This document shows, in pieces, positions 12,898 to 26,002 of a stretch of 59,761 bases of DNA; the stretch's first letter is position 1; every line of letters starts with the position of its first letter. Origin of the DNA: Chiloscyllium plagiosum (taxonomy: Eukaryota). Location: NCBI RefSeq assembly GCF_004010195.1, contig NC_057750.1, forward strand, positions 5,668,595 to 5,728,355. The letters are read 5' to 3'. Made by a program: the position numbers and the translations under genes. Below the pieces are notes generated by a model. It ran no database searches and was not told the origin of the DNA. It was given only the letters and a program-made list of their open reading frames with translations.

Positions 12898-14373
12898 TAC
12901 TGGCCATGCAGATCCTGTGAATGAACAAAACAAAAATGCAGCTAAGCAGGATGGGGCCTATGACAACCTGACCAGGAGTGATTTTTGTTTTAATTGTTCA
13001 TGTGATGTGGGCGTTGTTGGCTGGTGTTATTGCTCATCCCTAATTGCCAGAGTGCAGTTAAAGAGTCAGCCATATTTATGTGGGCTTGGTGTTACATTGA
13101 GGGGCTGGCAGACATCCCTCCTTAAAGGGCATTACTGAACCCAGATGGGTTGTTACAAATCAAGGCTGGTTACACAGTTGCCATTAGCCTACCCTTTTCC
13201 ATTCCATAATTTTATCTAAGTATTTGTCATGGTGGGATCTGAATCCCTCTGAACCCAATTTGTTATGCGTTCTGGATTACTAACCCAATTACATTACTGT
13301 TATTACTGCACCCAGCACCTCCTTCCTCTGAATGAGAAGAGTTCTATTCTCACTTTGGTCTCAGTGGGTAGAAGTCTCACCTCCTAGTCAGAAGGTTCCA
13401 GATTCAAATCTCACTCCAGCGACACATAATCTCAAGTTGACACTTACAGTGCAGGACTGAAGGAATACAGTGCTGCCAGAGGTGACTCAAAAACCTGAGG
13501 GGAATACTAAAACCAGTACCTGAAAGGAAATTTTAAACTATGTCCTAATATCCAGGCCAAATATTTGTCTTATCCTTCAGTCAACAGATGATCAGGTCAT
13601 TATAAGAAACAAGGGCAGGAGAGAAGGCATTTCATCCTTTCTAACCAACATCACCTCTCAATAAGATTGTGGCTGATCTGATGTGGACTTGACTCTGCTT
13701 TCCTTCCTGACACCATAACCCTTAGCTCCCTTGTTGATCAATAAACTGTCTTAACTCAGCCTTGAATATGTTCCATGACCCAACCCCACTGCTCTCTGGG
13801 GAAGGCAATATCAGAGACTTAACAACTCTCTTGGAGAAAGAAATTCCTCCTTGTCTCCAAATGGAAGACTGTTTAATTTAAATCTGTGCTTCCAATTTCT
13901 AAATATCCCCTATGAGGGGAAATATCCTCTGAGCATCTACCTTCAGAAACTTATAGGTATTTTCTAATTGACCTGTGCAGAGATGTTATTATACACCTCA
14001 GGAACTTGAACCTGCGTCTCCAGGCTCAGAGATAGGGACGTTATCACTGCACTACAAGAGCCTTTGCTCAGAATGTTATAGTCTTCTATAAGATTACCTC
14101 TCATTCATGTGAACGTCAATGAGTATAGACCCAACCAGTTTGAATATTACCAAATAAGACAATCCATTGTCCCAGAAATCAGAATGAGAAGTACCCTCTT
14201 CCCCAAATTGTAAGTGTATCCCTCAGTGGGATCTTGCTGTGTGTAGCCACAAAGGTACTGGATTGGCTGCGTACCACCTTTGCACTTCCTGGGGTCATCA
14301 TAGGCACAGTATAAATGAAAACTTGTCTGTCTTTGTGCTGGGAGCAGGAGGGGGAATGGAGAGGAGTGTGTCA

Positions 14374-15100
14374 GGGGCTGAGGGGTGACCTTATAGAGGT
14401 TTATAAATCATGAGGAGCATGGATAGGATAAATAGCTAAGGTCTTTTCCCCAGGGTGAGGGAGTCCAAAACTAGAGGGCATAGGTATAAGGTTAGAGGAG
14501 AAAGATTTAAGAGGGACCTTAGGGCAATCTTTTCACGTAGAGGGTGGTGCGTGTATGAAATGAGCTGCTGAAGGAAGTGGTGGAGGCTGGTACAATAACA
14601 ACATTTAAAGGTCAGAAGTCACACGACACCAGGTGAAGTCTTACGAAAGAGCAGCGCTCCGAAAGCTTGTGATTTCAAATAAACCTGTTGGAAGTTAAAA
14701 ATCACACAACACCAGGTTATAGTCCAACAGATTTAATTGGAAGCACTAGCTTTCGGAGCATTGTTCCTTCATCAGGTGGTTGTGCCAGCGTTCCGAAACC
14801 TAGTGCTTCCAATTAAACCTGTTGGACTATAACCTGGTGTTGTGTGATTTTTAACTTTGCCCACCCTAGTCCAACACCGGCATCTCTAAACCTGTTGGAC
14901 TATAACCCGGTTCACTTGACTTCTGACTTTAGTCTATGCCGGTCCAACACTGGCACTTCCACATCATGGCTAACATTTAAAAGGCATCTGAGTAATTTTA
15001 TGAATAGGAAAGATTTAGAGGGATATGGGCAAACAGGATGAGATTAATTTAGGATAAGTTGGACCGAAGGATCTGTTTCCGTGCTGTAAAACTTTATGAC
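14374..15100 (+). mobile_element. CR1/HER1-like LINE 3' fragment, interrupted by nested Penelope-like elements (14610-14971)
   Basis: GGCTGAGGGGTGACCTTATAGAGGTTTATAAA (RLRGDLIEVYK motif) through 3' UTR; AACATTTAAA repeated at 14600-14609 and 14972-14981 around the insert. Confidence 0.8.
14610..14971. mobile_element. Penelope-like family B element containing a second, palindromic family B copy (14693-14887)
   Basis: CACACAACACCAGGTTATAGTCCAACAG / CTGTTGGACTATAACCTGGTGTTGTGTG inverted arms; AAACCTGTTGGA duplicated at 14681-14692 and 14888-14899; minus-strand CTGATGAAGGAACAATGCTCCGAAAG. Confidence 0.65.
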
Positions 15101-15126
15101 TAAAAATTAGGCTTTTTCTTTTGCAG

Positions 15127-15432
15127 GTGAGGACGCAGAGTTGGATGAGGCCTCGAGCCAGAAGGTTGCCATGCCGCCACAGCCCGACCCACGGCACCAG
15201 GACCTCCTGACCTGTGGCCAATGTGGCCGCAATTTCCTCCTCCGCAATATCCTGGGCTTCATTGAGCACAAGAAGAGCCTCTGCCAGAGGCCCACTCGCC
15301 TCCGAGATATGGGCGGGGGTCCGCATTCCCCTCTCGCTGCCCAGCAGGCAACTGCCGACCCACTCGTGACCAGCGAGGACATGTATACAGCCAGCATTTC
15401 AGAGATTGGAGTGGAGGACAATCCCGTGGGAG
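15127..15432 (+). CDS. BCL11-family zinc-finger gene, coding exon homologous to BCL11A exon 2 (C2HC finger ZF0)
   Basis: Encodes [28 protein letters not shown] (BCL11A: [28 protein letters not shown]); acceptor TTTTTCTTTTGCAG at 15126, phase 1; donor GAG|GCAAGT at 15433, phase 1, matching the next exon. Confidence 0.9.
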
Positions 15433-15984
15433 GCAAGTCTGCTTTTTTCTTTATAAAAAGAAACTTCAATTATCATTAGTGTTGTCCGCGTATGAGTTTT
15501 GGATAAATTGCACACAGCTGTATTGGTAGCTTGTTGGCCTCTGAGCCTCAAGGTCCTGGGTTCAAGTCCCACACAGGGGCCTGAGTACAAAGATCAATGA
15601 TGATACTCCAATGCAGTGCTGAGGGAGTGCCCTGCCACTGGAGTGTTGACTTTCCCAAGAGATGGCCCCGTGAGTCCTCTCAGATTGATGTTAAGCATTG
15701 CATGACGTTGTTTTGAAGGAGAGCATGGGAGTGCTCCCTGGTTTCCTGGACAATATTTCTCCCTCAGTCAGCATCACAAGAAAACAGATTATCAGGTCAT
15801 CAGCACATTGTTGTTTGTGAGAGCAAATTAGCTGCTACATTTCATTAGCACGGTGACTGCACTTCAGTAAAAGTACTTGATTGGCTATAAAGAGCCTTGA
15901 GATGCCTGATGAAGATAGCTGTATAAGTGCTATCTTTTGATACTGCAGAAACACTGCCATTTGACCCATTGGCTCTATGCTTCT

Positions 15985-16515
15985 AATCCATTGCAAACCT
16001 CCAGAATTCACCAGACTGATCCCTGGGAAGAACGTCGCACCAAACACCAACATCCCCAACATTGACTACCTTGATCGGCTGTGGTGGACTGGGCACATCG
16101 TCTGTATGATCGACATGAGACTCCCCAAGCAGGTGCTCTACTCCTAGCTTCGAAATGGCAGGTGAGCCCCAAGTGAACAGAGGAAGCACTTCAGTGGTAC
16201 CCTCAATGGCAAAGTGCAGCACTCCCATCGACACCTGGGAACTACTGGCCCAAGAACCCCCCCCCCCCCCGCCACAAAGTGGAGAAGGAGCATCCACGAA
16301 GGCGTCAAGCACCTCGAGAGATTGCCGTTGGGAAAAAGTGGAAGCCAGGCAGAAACAGTGTAAGGAGCGTGTTGCCGCACCCACCTCTTCTGCCCCAAGT
16401 GTAACAGAGCCTGCAGAAGCCACACTGGTCTGTACAGCCACCTATGGACTCACCGCACAAGTGGAAGAGAGTCATCTTCATCTGTGAGGGACCGCTGATG
16501 ATGATGATGACGACG
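15985..16515 (+). mobile_element. RTE-clade LINE 3' fragment
   Basis: Frameshifted LWWTGHIVCMIDMRLPKQVLYS (cf. RTE LRWAGHxxRMxDxRLPKxxLY), then IDTWELLAQ and a (GAT)n tail at ~16497-16515. Confidence 0.7.
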
Positions 16516-17854
16516 AAAGAAAGACTGAGCCATGTATTTGCTAGACGTCAGAAGAATGAGAAGTGACCTAACTGAAGCATGTATGATTGATACACGTCTC
16601 AACAGGATGTAGAAAGAACAGACGGATAAAAAGTGTAGTCTAGAATCAGGAGACAAAGTCTCAGAATAAGACTGGGATGAAGAGGAATTTCTTCACTCGG
16701 ACGGTGGTGAAAGTTTGGATTCTGTATCCCAGAGAGCATTGGGGGCTTAGCCATTGAATAAATTCAAGACAGAGATCATGAGCAGATACCTGAGAACAAC
16801 ACCATCTACAAATTCCAAGTCACACACAATCCTGGCTTGGAAATATATTGGCTTTCCTTCCCTGTCACTGAGTCAAAATCCTGCAACACCATCCCAACCA
16901 GCATTGAGAATCTACTCGGAGCACATGGGAGGAGAGTGGTTCAAGGAGGCAGCTCACCACCATCTCAAGGGGCATCTAGGGATGGGCAAACAAAGGCTGC
17001 CCCTGTCAGCAATGCCTACATTCTATTAATGCTTTTTTTTAAAAGTTGGATTTCTAGTTACAAATGGCATCAAGGAATAGTGTAGAAATATAGCATTGAG
17101 GTAGATTACCAACTGTGATCTAGAATGGTACTGCATGCTTGGGGATCCAAATGGCATACTCCTGCTCCTATTTCTTGTTTCTGATGAAAATGACGTGAAG
17201 ATAGCAGATCAGTCATGATCCAGGTGATTGGTCAAGCAGGATTGGAGGACCGAATGGCCTACTCTTGCTCTTAAGTTCTCCTGTCCTGCTTCATCTCGCC
17301 CCCATCAGTACAGCCTTCTATCCCTTCTCCCTCATGTGTTTATCGCTTGCCTTAAGTGCGTCAATACAACTGACCTTGAGCATTGCCTGTGTAGCAAATT
17401 CCAGGCTCTCCCGACTCTGCATTTTTATTTTCTGAATTCCCAGTTGGATTTACTGGTAACTAACCTTATATTTATGACCCCTGGTTTAGATCCCTCTTTT
17501 AGAAATGGAAACATCTTTTGTGTGTCTCCTGTAGCGAACCACTTCAGGATTTTAAAGATCAATAATAGGTCACCTTTCAGAGTTGAGGTTGTTCAGTCAT
17601 TCCTGTCTCCGGAGCAGCGCCACTCGATGGCTTCCATCGGTCTATGAACTTTACAGTTCAGGAACACCCTATATATACAGAGTGAGGGGAGAATGTTCTA
17701 AGTGAGGTGGAGAGGTTTAGGGAGGGTATATCAAAGCTCAGGGTCCCGAGGTGGCTCAGTTTAAAATCAGGGACAAACAAGAAACCAGAATTGAAGATAG
17801 AGTCATAGAGATGTACAGCACGGAAACAGACCCTTCGGTCCAACTCGTCCATGC

Positions 17855-18180
17855 TTAGGCAATGGCTGTTTTCCCTGGAGCGTCGGAGGCTGAGGGGTGA
17901 CCTTATAGAGGTTTATAAAATTATGAGGGGCATGGATAGGATAAATAGACAAAGTCTTTTCCCGAACCAGAGGGCATAGGTTTAGGGTGAGAGGGGAAAG
18001 ATATAAAAGGGACCTAAGGGGCAACTGTTTCACTCAGAGGGGGTACGTGTATGGAATGAGCTGCCAGAGGAAGTAGTGGAGGCTGGTACAATTGCAACGT
18101 TTAAAAGACATCTGGATGGGTGAATGAATAGGAAGGGTTTGGAGGGATATGGGCTGGCTGCTGGCAGGTGGAACTAGACA
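17855..18180 (+). mobile_element. CR1/HER1-like LINE 3' fragment
   Basis: CTGTTTTCCCTGGAGCGTCGGAGGCTGAGGGGTGACC (LFSLERRRLRGD); abuts an inverted piece of the same family's 3' end at ~17798-17855. Confidence 0.8.
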
Positions 18181-18374
18181 GATGTCTGAAATCGTTGGAG
18201 GGTCATGCGGCTAGAGGAAATTAAGGACATATTTGAGGAGGAGGGACAGGAGGAAGTCCGTGGAGGGTTTTGGAAACAAAGATGCGAGTCTTATAGTCAA
18301 GGCAATACTTGACTGGAAGCCAGTGTTGGTTACTGAGCATGGTTGACAGGAAAACAAGGCTGAGTGTGAGTTTT

Positions 18375-19860
18375 TCTATTGCTTTATGGGATGTGGGTTT
18401 TGCTGGCCTGGCCACCATTTACTGGCCCTCATTAGTTGCCATTGAGAAGGTGACGGTGAGCTGTCTTCTTGAACCGCTGCAATAAACGTTTTGGAGGTAG
18501 ACCACAGTGGCATTAGGAAGAGAATTCCAGGATTTTGATTCAGTGACAGTAAAGGAATGACAATATATTTCCATGTCAGGATGGCAATTGGTTTGGAGGG
18601 AATTCTTCCAGGTGCTGGTGGTGCCCTGGTATACAGTATCTGCAGCCCTTGTCCTTCTAGTGCTCCTGAGTTTAGAAAGTGCTTTCTAAGGAGCATTGGT
18701 GAATTTCTGCAGTGCATCTTGTAGATGGCACACACTGCAGCTACTGAGTGTCAGTGGTGGAGGGACTGGATTCTTATGGATATGAGGCCAATCCATCAGG
18801 TTTCTTTGTCCTGGATGGTGCCAAGTTTCTTGAATGTTGTTGGAGCTGCGGTTATTCATGCAAGCGAGTAGTATTCTATCACACTCCTGACATGTGCTTT
18901 ATAGATGGTGGACAGGCTGTGGGAGTGAGGAGGTGAGCTACTTGCTTCAAGATTCCTAACCTCTGACCTGCTGTTGTAACCACAATATGTCTGTGGCTAG
19001 TCCAGTTCAGTTTCTGGTCAATGGTAACCCCAGGATCTTGATAATGGGGGTTCAATGATGATAACACCGTGGATGTCAAGGGATGAGGGTTAGATTCTCT
19101 ATCGTTGGAGATAGTCATGGCCTGTTTTTTATGTGATGTGAATGTTACTCGCCACTTCACAGCCCAAACCTGAATAGATCCAAATGGTGTCATGTTTGGC
19201 CATGGACTGCTTCAATACCTGAGGAGTCATGAGTGGTGCTGAATGTTGTGTAATTATCAACAAACATCCCCACTTGTGACCTTATGATGGAGGGAAGGTA
19301 ATTGATGAGGAACTTTTACAAAGATGTCCTGAAACTAAGATGACAGACTTCCAACAACTTTAACCATCTTCTATTGTTCCCGGAATGACTTCAACTAGTG
19401 GAGGGTTTTCCCCATGACTTCCAATAATTCCAGTTTTGCTCAGGCTCCTTGATGCCACACTCGATCAAATGCAGCCTTGATGTCAAGGGCTGTCTCTCTG
19501 AACCACCCCCTGGAAACTTTTGCTCTAAATTCAGTCTCTTACGATCTTATACTCCACAACCACCTGATGAAGGAACAGCACTCCGAAAGCTAGTGCTTCC
19601 ACATAACACCAGGTTTCAGTCCAACAGGTTTGTGTGATTTTTAACTTTGTCCACCCCAGTCCAACACCGGCATCTCCAAATCATGACCCCTGGAAATGAG
19701 TTGTTTTGTTCCATGTTTGAACCAAGGCTGTAACGAGATCAAGAGCTGAGTGGCTTTGGTGGATGCCAAACTGAGTATCAGTGAGCAGATTATTGTTAAA
19801 AGTACTGTTTGATAGCGTTATTTGTTGATGCGTTCTGTCACTTTACTTATCAACAGGGGC
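18375..19860 (-). mobile_element. Decayed LINE (CR1/L2-related) RT and 3' region with a Penelope-like insert at ~19515-19685
   Basis: ORF 18879-19193 reads IQVWAVKWRVTF..GVTIDQKLNWTSH (LINE RT C-terminus); insert contains CTGATGAAGGAACAGCACTCCGAAAG at ~19564. Confidence 0.65.
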
Positions 19861-20744
19861 ATGATAGTTTGAATTAAGTTGCCAGGTGTGAGTCAGAATT
19901 AGTCAAGTCTAGAGATAGGAAAGGACTAATGAGGAATTCAGCAGTTGACGAGCTGAGACAGTCTTGGACTGGGTAATGTCATTGAGGTAGTAAGGGATGG
20001 TTTTTCTAATGAAGAAGTGTGGAGTTTGAAACTCTGTCAAGATCTAACAGGACAAAGAACAGAGAGAAAAAGTGCTACTGGGCAATGTAGAAAGATGGAA
20101 GCCATTCAGCCCATCTCGCCTGCCACAGCTGTTTTGAAAAAGTTACCCAATTAGTCCCATTTACCTATTCTTTGGCAGAGCTCATGTGGCTCAGTGGGTA
20201 GTGTACCTGCCTCTGAGCCAGAAGCTCCAGGGTTAAGTCCAGCCCCAGGACTTGATTGGAAGGAAGGTGAGTTTGTAATGTAGTGAATAAAGGTTGGTTA
20301 TCGATTCCTGCAAATGGCAGGCAGTAAGAGCAGGTGAGACTCCTAGTCAGCCATGTGATAGAACAAAACTGCAGCCTCTTTCTACCGCTATCCATAGCTC
20401 CGCAAATCTAAAAGTGTATGTCGCTATAGCAACTCAAACACCCTAGTGAACTGTAACACACCACCACCTACTCTTTCCCCATAGCTGTCTAATTGTTTTC
20501 AATTCCCTTTTCAAAGTTACGATTGAATATTGAATGTAATGAGTTCGGAGCAGGAGTCAACCATTTGGCTCCTGAAGCCTTCTCTGCCATTGAGTAAGAT
20601 CATGGCTGATTTGATTGCTCTATATTCCCACCTCCCCTGATAACCTTTCAGCTCCTTGCTTATTGAGAATCTCTCCACCCCTTGCTTTAAAATATTCAAA
20701 GATTCTGCTTCCACCACCTTTTATGAACAGAATTCCACAGAGTC

Positions 20745-21496
20745 TTATACACTTAATGGTAAGGTCCTAGGGAGTGTTGTTGAACAAAGAGACCTTGGAG
20801 AGAGCAGGTTCATAGCTCCTTGAAAGTGGAGTCACAGGTAGATAGGATAGTGAAGAAGGCATTTGGTATGCTTTCTTTTATTGGTCAGAGTATTGAGTAC
20901 AGGAGTTGGGAGGTCATGTTGCAGCTGTACAGGACATTGGTTAGGCCACTGTTGGAATATTGCGTGCAATTCTGGTCTCCTTCATATCAGAAAGGTGTTG
21001 TGAAACTTGAAAGGGTTCAGAAAAAATTTACAAGGATGTTGCCAGGGTTGGAGGATTTGAGCTATGGGGAGAGGCTGAACAGGCTGGGGCTGTTTTCCCT
21101 GAAGCATCGGAGGCTGAGGGGTGACCTTATAAAGGTTTACAAAATTATGAGGGGCATGGCTATAATAAATAGACAAAGTCTTTTCCCTGGGGTGGGGGAG
21201 TCCAGACCTAGAGGGCATAGGTTTAGGGTGAGAGGGGAAAGATATAAAAGGGACCTAAGGGGCAACTTTTTCACACAGAGGGTGGTATGTGTATGAAATG
21301 AGCTGCCAGAGGAAGTGGTGGAGGCTGGTACAAATGCAACATTTAAAAGGCATTTGGATGGTTTTACGAATAGGAAGGGTTTGGAGGGATATGGGCCGGG
21401 TGCTGGCAGGTGGGACTAGATTGGGTTGGGATATCTGGTTGGCGTGGACGGGTTGGACCGAAGGGTCTGTTTCCATGCTGTACATCTCTATGACTC
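20745..21496 (+). mobile_element. CR1/HER1-like LINE, RT C-terminus and 3' UTR
   Basis: ORF 20820-21296 contains LYRTLVRPLLEYCVQFWSP, LERVQKKFTRML, RLRGDLIKVYK, RGNFFTQRVV. Confidence 0.92.
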
Positions 21497-22724
21497 ATGA
21501 CCCTCTGATGCAATTCATCTCTGTTTTAATGGTCAACACCTTATTTTTAAACAGTGACCCATAGTTTTAAATTTTCACATAAGAGGCAGAGGGAGAAACA
21601 TCCTGTCCACGTCCAGCCTGTCAAAACCCTTTGGGATCTTACGTTTCAATCAAGTTGCCTTTACTCTTTGAAATTCCAGCAAAAATATCTTCCCATTCCA
21701 GATATTAGTTTGATAAAGCTTCTCTGAATTGTCTCCAACGCATCTACATCCTTTCTTAAACAAAGGGGCCAACACTGTGCACAATACTCCAGATGTGGTC
21801 TTGCCCATGCCCTGTACTACTGAAGCATAACCTCCCTACTTTTGTATGCAGTTCTCTTCACAATAAATGATAACATTCAGCTTCTACTGCCCTTGAGGCA
21901 CTGCATTCCAGATTACAACAACTTGTTGTGGGGAAAAAAAAGTCATCTTATCTCCCCTCTGGTTCTTTTGCCAATTAACTTTAAATGTGTGTCCTCTGGT
22001 TACTGATCCTCACTCCTCCGGCAGAAAGTTTCTCCCAGTCTAGTCTGTCAAAGCCCTTCACAATTCTCTCTCCATTCTCTTTCTACGATTTGTTTCTGTA
22101 GTGTGAACAAACCCAGTTTAGCGTCACAAGCAGCAGGTGTTGGACATTCAGCCTCTTGAACCTGTTCTGCCACTTGATGAGATCATGGTCGACTTTTATC
22201 TTAATTCCAGTTCCCGCCTTGGTTTCGTAACCCTTGACTCTCTCCATTCCACTGGAGCTCAGTGTTGTCATTATTTGTCATGGAAAGCTAGTGTCAACAG
22301 CCTTTTAGGGGAGGGAGTTCCTGGTTTCATAGTAGCATAAAACCATACAGTACAGAAGCCCTTTGGCCCATCAAGTCTGTACTGCCTAAAGTACACTAAA
22401 TCTACACTAATCCCACTTTCCCACACTAGGCCAATGGCCTGAATACTTTAAGTGTTCATCAAGTACTTTTTAAATGTTGTGAGGTTTCCCACCTCATTTA
22501 CTGTCCCAGGCAGTGCATTCCAGGCCCCTACTAGCCTCTGGATGACAAAAAAACTTGCCCTCAAGGACCCTCTAAACCTTAAAAGTTATTGACCCTAGCT
22601 AAGGGGAACAGCTGTTTTCTATCCACCTTGTCCAAGCCCTTCATAATACGATTCACCCTTATCAGGTCACTGCCTCAACCTTCTCTGCTGTAAAGAAAAC
22701 AACCTGAGCTTATCCTCTCTTTGT

Positions 22725-23505
22725 AGCATTTTGGAAAGGCAAATAAGGGCAGGACGTATGCACCTGGTGGTAAGGTCCGGGGGAGTGTTGCTGGACAAAG
22801 AGACTTTGGAGTGCAGGTTCATGGTTCTTTGAAAGTGAAGTCCTAAGTAGACAGGATAGTGAAGAAAGCGTTTGGTATGCTTGCCTTTATTGGTCAGTGC
22901 ATTGAGTGTAGGAGTTGGGATATCATGTTGCGGCTTTACAGGACATCGGTTAGACCACTATTGGAACACTGTGTGCAATTCTAGTCTCCCTGCTGTAGGA
23001 AGGATGTTGTGAAACATGAAAGGTTTCAGAAAAGACTTACAAGGATGTTGAACTATAGGGAGAGGCTGAATAGTCTGGGGGTATTTTCCCTGGAGCATCA
23101 GAGGCTGAGGGGTGACCTTATAGAGGTTTATAAAATCATGAGGGGAATGGATAGGACAAATAGACAAAGTCTCTTCCCTGGGCTGGGGGAGTCCAAAACT
23201 AGAGGGCGTTGATTTAGGGTGAGAGGGGAAAGATATAAAAGAGACCTAAGGGGCAACTTTTTCACACAGAGGGTGGTACATGTATGGAATGAGCTGCAGT
23301 GGAACTGGAGGAGGCTGGTACAATTACAACATTTAAAAGGCAACTGGATGGGTTATATGAATAGGAAGGGTTTAAAGGGATATGGGTAAAATGCTGGCAT
23401 CTGGGACCAGATTTATTTAGGATATCTGGTTGACATGGACGAGTTGGACTGAAGCGTGTATATGCTGGGAGTATTCCATTCTATGCTATGTATCTCAATG
23501 ACTCT
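22725..23505 (+). mobile_element. CR1/HER1-like LINE fragment
   Basis: Same family as 20745-21496, with stops and deletions. Confidence 0.88.
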
Positions 23506-25138
23506 TAAGATGCTCTGTAGCAGACAATATGCTGATGAATATCCTCTGCACCCTCTCCAGTGTAATCACATCCTTCCTACAGTGCACATGGTATTCTAGC
23601 TGTGAACTAACCAAAGTTCTGTGCACTCCAGCATAACTTCCCTGCTGTTATGCCTCAAATGACAAAGACAAGCATCCTATATGCCACCTTAACCACCCCA
23701 TTAACCTGCCCTGGCACCTTCAGGGATTTGTGAACAAGCACTCCAAGATCCCTCTGTTCCACTGTCTTGCCATTTCATTGAGTACTCCCGTGTCTTGTTA
23801 CTTCTTCCCCTTTGAATAAGGAAGTGCTTTCTGACATCAGAAATGTAATTTCAAGGTGATGCAATACTCCCTCTTGTTGTCTATTCCTTTAACACCTCCT
23901 GTATCTTACTCTCTTTCACCACCCCCACTATCCCACCAAGGAGATAATTTCTATCTGCTCCATAGTTGACACTCCAAATCCCTGCTATTATTTTTCATAT
24001 TTTTCTTCATTGAGATTTTTGGATAACTCTGGTGCTGGGATATCGTACAATCCTTTATTATATAGTCATGGCTGATTGTCTATCTCAACACCATTTTCTG
24101 GTGCTATCCCTCGATGTCATGAATAAATAGAAACCTTTTAAACTCTGTTTTGACTATGGCTCAAAGGCTGAGCTTCCACAACCCTTTGGGTAGAGAATTC
24201 CAAAGATTCACCTCTCTCTGAGTGAAGAGATTTTTCCTCCTCTCAGTCCTAAATGGCAGACCCCTTATTTCCGAGACTGTGTCCCTGTGCCTTCAGTTGC
24301 CTGGGCCACAGATTCCAGAATCTCCTCCTTAAACTGCTCCATTTTTTCTCTTTCCTTTTCTGACATTAATCCATGCAAAAGAACCTCTAGAGAAGAAGAA
24401 CAAAACATTCAGTTGAGGTAAATTTTAAAGGGGGAAGAGAGAAAGAGAGAGAGAGAAAGAAACTGGTGGAGACATTTAAGGAGGGACTTCCAGAGCCAAG
24501 GGTGAAGGCATTTGAAGGTATGGCTACCTGTGGTGGAGCCATTAAAATTGGGGATAAATAAGAGCCTGGGGTTGGATGAGTGCTACATGACTCTTAAAAT
24601 ATGTGAAGAGGTCATAACCCAATACAATCCTCTCCAGTTTCTGCAGACACACACGGCCTTTATAAGCTTATCCGGCTGGAGTGTCTCATTGCAGAGTGAT
24701 CAGGAGCAGGAACCCTGGCTGATTCTCTTACCCTACCTACTCCAGCTTGTGCTGATGTCAAATGTCATGATGACGAGGCAGTGTCGCTGGACTAGTAATC
24801 CAGAGGCCCAGGCCAATGCTCTGGGAGCATGGCTTCAAAATCAGCTGGAATTAAAAGCTTGTTTCAGTATTAGCAGCCACAAAATCCGTTGTCATAAAAA
24901 TTTATCTGGTTCAGTGATGTTATCTAGGGAAACAAAATCTGCCTTCCTCACTCAAATCTGGCCCTATATGTGACTCCTGATCCACAGTAATGTAGCTGTC
25001 ACTTAACCTGCCCTCTGCAATGGCTAAGTGAGGCACTCGGCACTTAGATTAAAGGCAATTTAATTACCCAGGGAGGCAATGGCCTAATCATATTATCACT
25101 AGACTATTTATCCAGAAACTCAACTAATATTTCAGGGA

Positions 25139-25354
25139 GAAAGTGAGGACTGCAGATGCTGGAGATCAGAGCTGAAAATGTGTTGCTGGAAAAGTGCAGC
25201 AGGTCAGGCAGCATCCAAGGAGCAGGAGAATCGACGTTTTGGGCATGAGCCCTTCTTTAGGATTCCTGAAGAAGGGCTCATGCCCGAAACGTCGATTCTC
25301 CTGCTCCTTGGATGCTGCCTGATCTGCTGCACTTTTCCAGCAACACATTTTCAG
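25139..25354. mobile_element. Palindromic Penelope-like element (family A) with ~15-bp TSD
   Basis: Near-perfect ~90-bp inverted arms; CTAATATTTCAGGGA at 25124-25138 and 25355-25369; CTGAAGA-A-GGGC-TCAT-GCCC-GAAACGTC at 25266-25293. Confidence 0.75.
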
Positions 25355-25696
25355 CTAATATTTCAGGGATCAAGTTTTAAATAACGCCATGGTGCACTGG
25401 TGGAATTTGAATTCAATAAAGACTCTGAAAATTTAAGAGTCTAATAATGACTAAAACCATTGCCAAAAAACCCCACCTGGTTCACCAATATTGTTTCAGG
25501 AAGGAAATCTGCTGTCCTTACTTGGTCTGGCCAGACATGACTCCAGACCCACGGCTGACTCTTAACTGTCCTCTTGGCGATTAGGAATAGGCAATAAATG
25601 CTGGGCTAGCCCGAGAGACCCACATCCCATGAGTGAATAAGAACAAAATTAGCCCATGGGGTATATAGTGCTTTAGTTCCCCCAAAACAATAAGGG

Positions 25697-26002
25697 CCCA
25701 CAGTGGCCCAGTGGTTAGCATTGCTGCCTCACAGCACCAGGGACCTGGTTTCAATTCTGGCCTCGAGCGACTTTCTGTGTGGAGTTTTGCACATTCTCCC
25801 CGTGTCTGCGTGGGTTTCCTCCGGGTGCTCTGGTTTCCTCAAACAGTCCAAAGGTTAGGTGGATTGGCCATGCTAAATTGCCCGTAGTGTTAGATGTATT
25901 AGTCAGGGGGAAATGAGTCTGGGTGGGTTACTCTTTTTGGAGGGTCGATGTGGACTTGTTGGGCTCAAGGGCCTGTTTCCACACTGTGGGAATCTAATCT
26001 AA
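25697..26002 (+). mobile_element. HE1-like V-SINE
   Basis: Consensus match with AATCTAATCTAAT tail. Confidence 0.85.

Noticed and set aside
20820..21296. 158-aa ORF as a host gene
   Set aside because: It is the CR1 reverse-transcriptase C-terminus.
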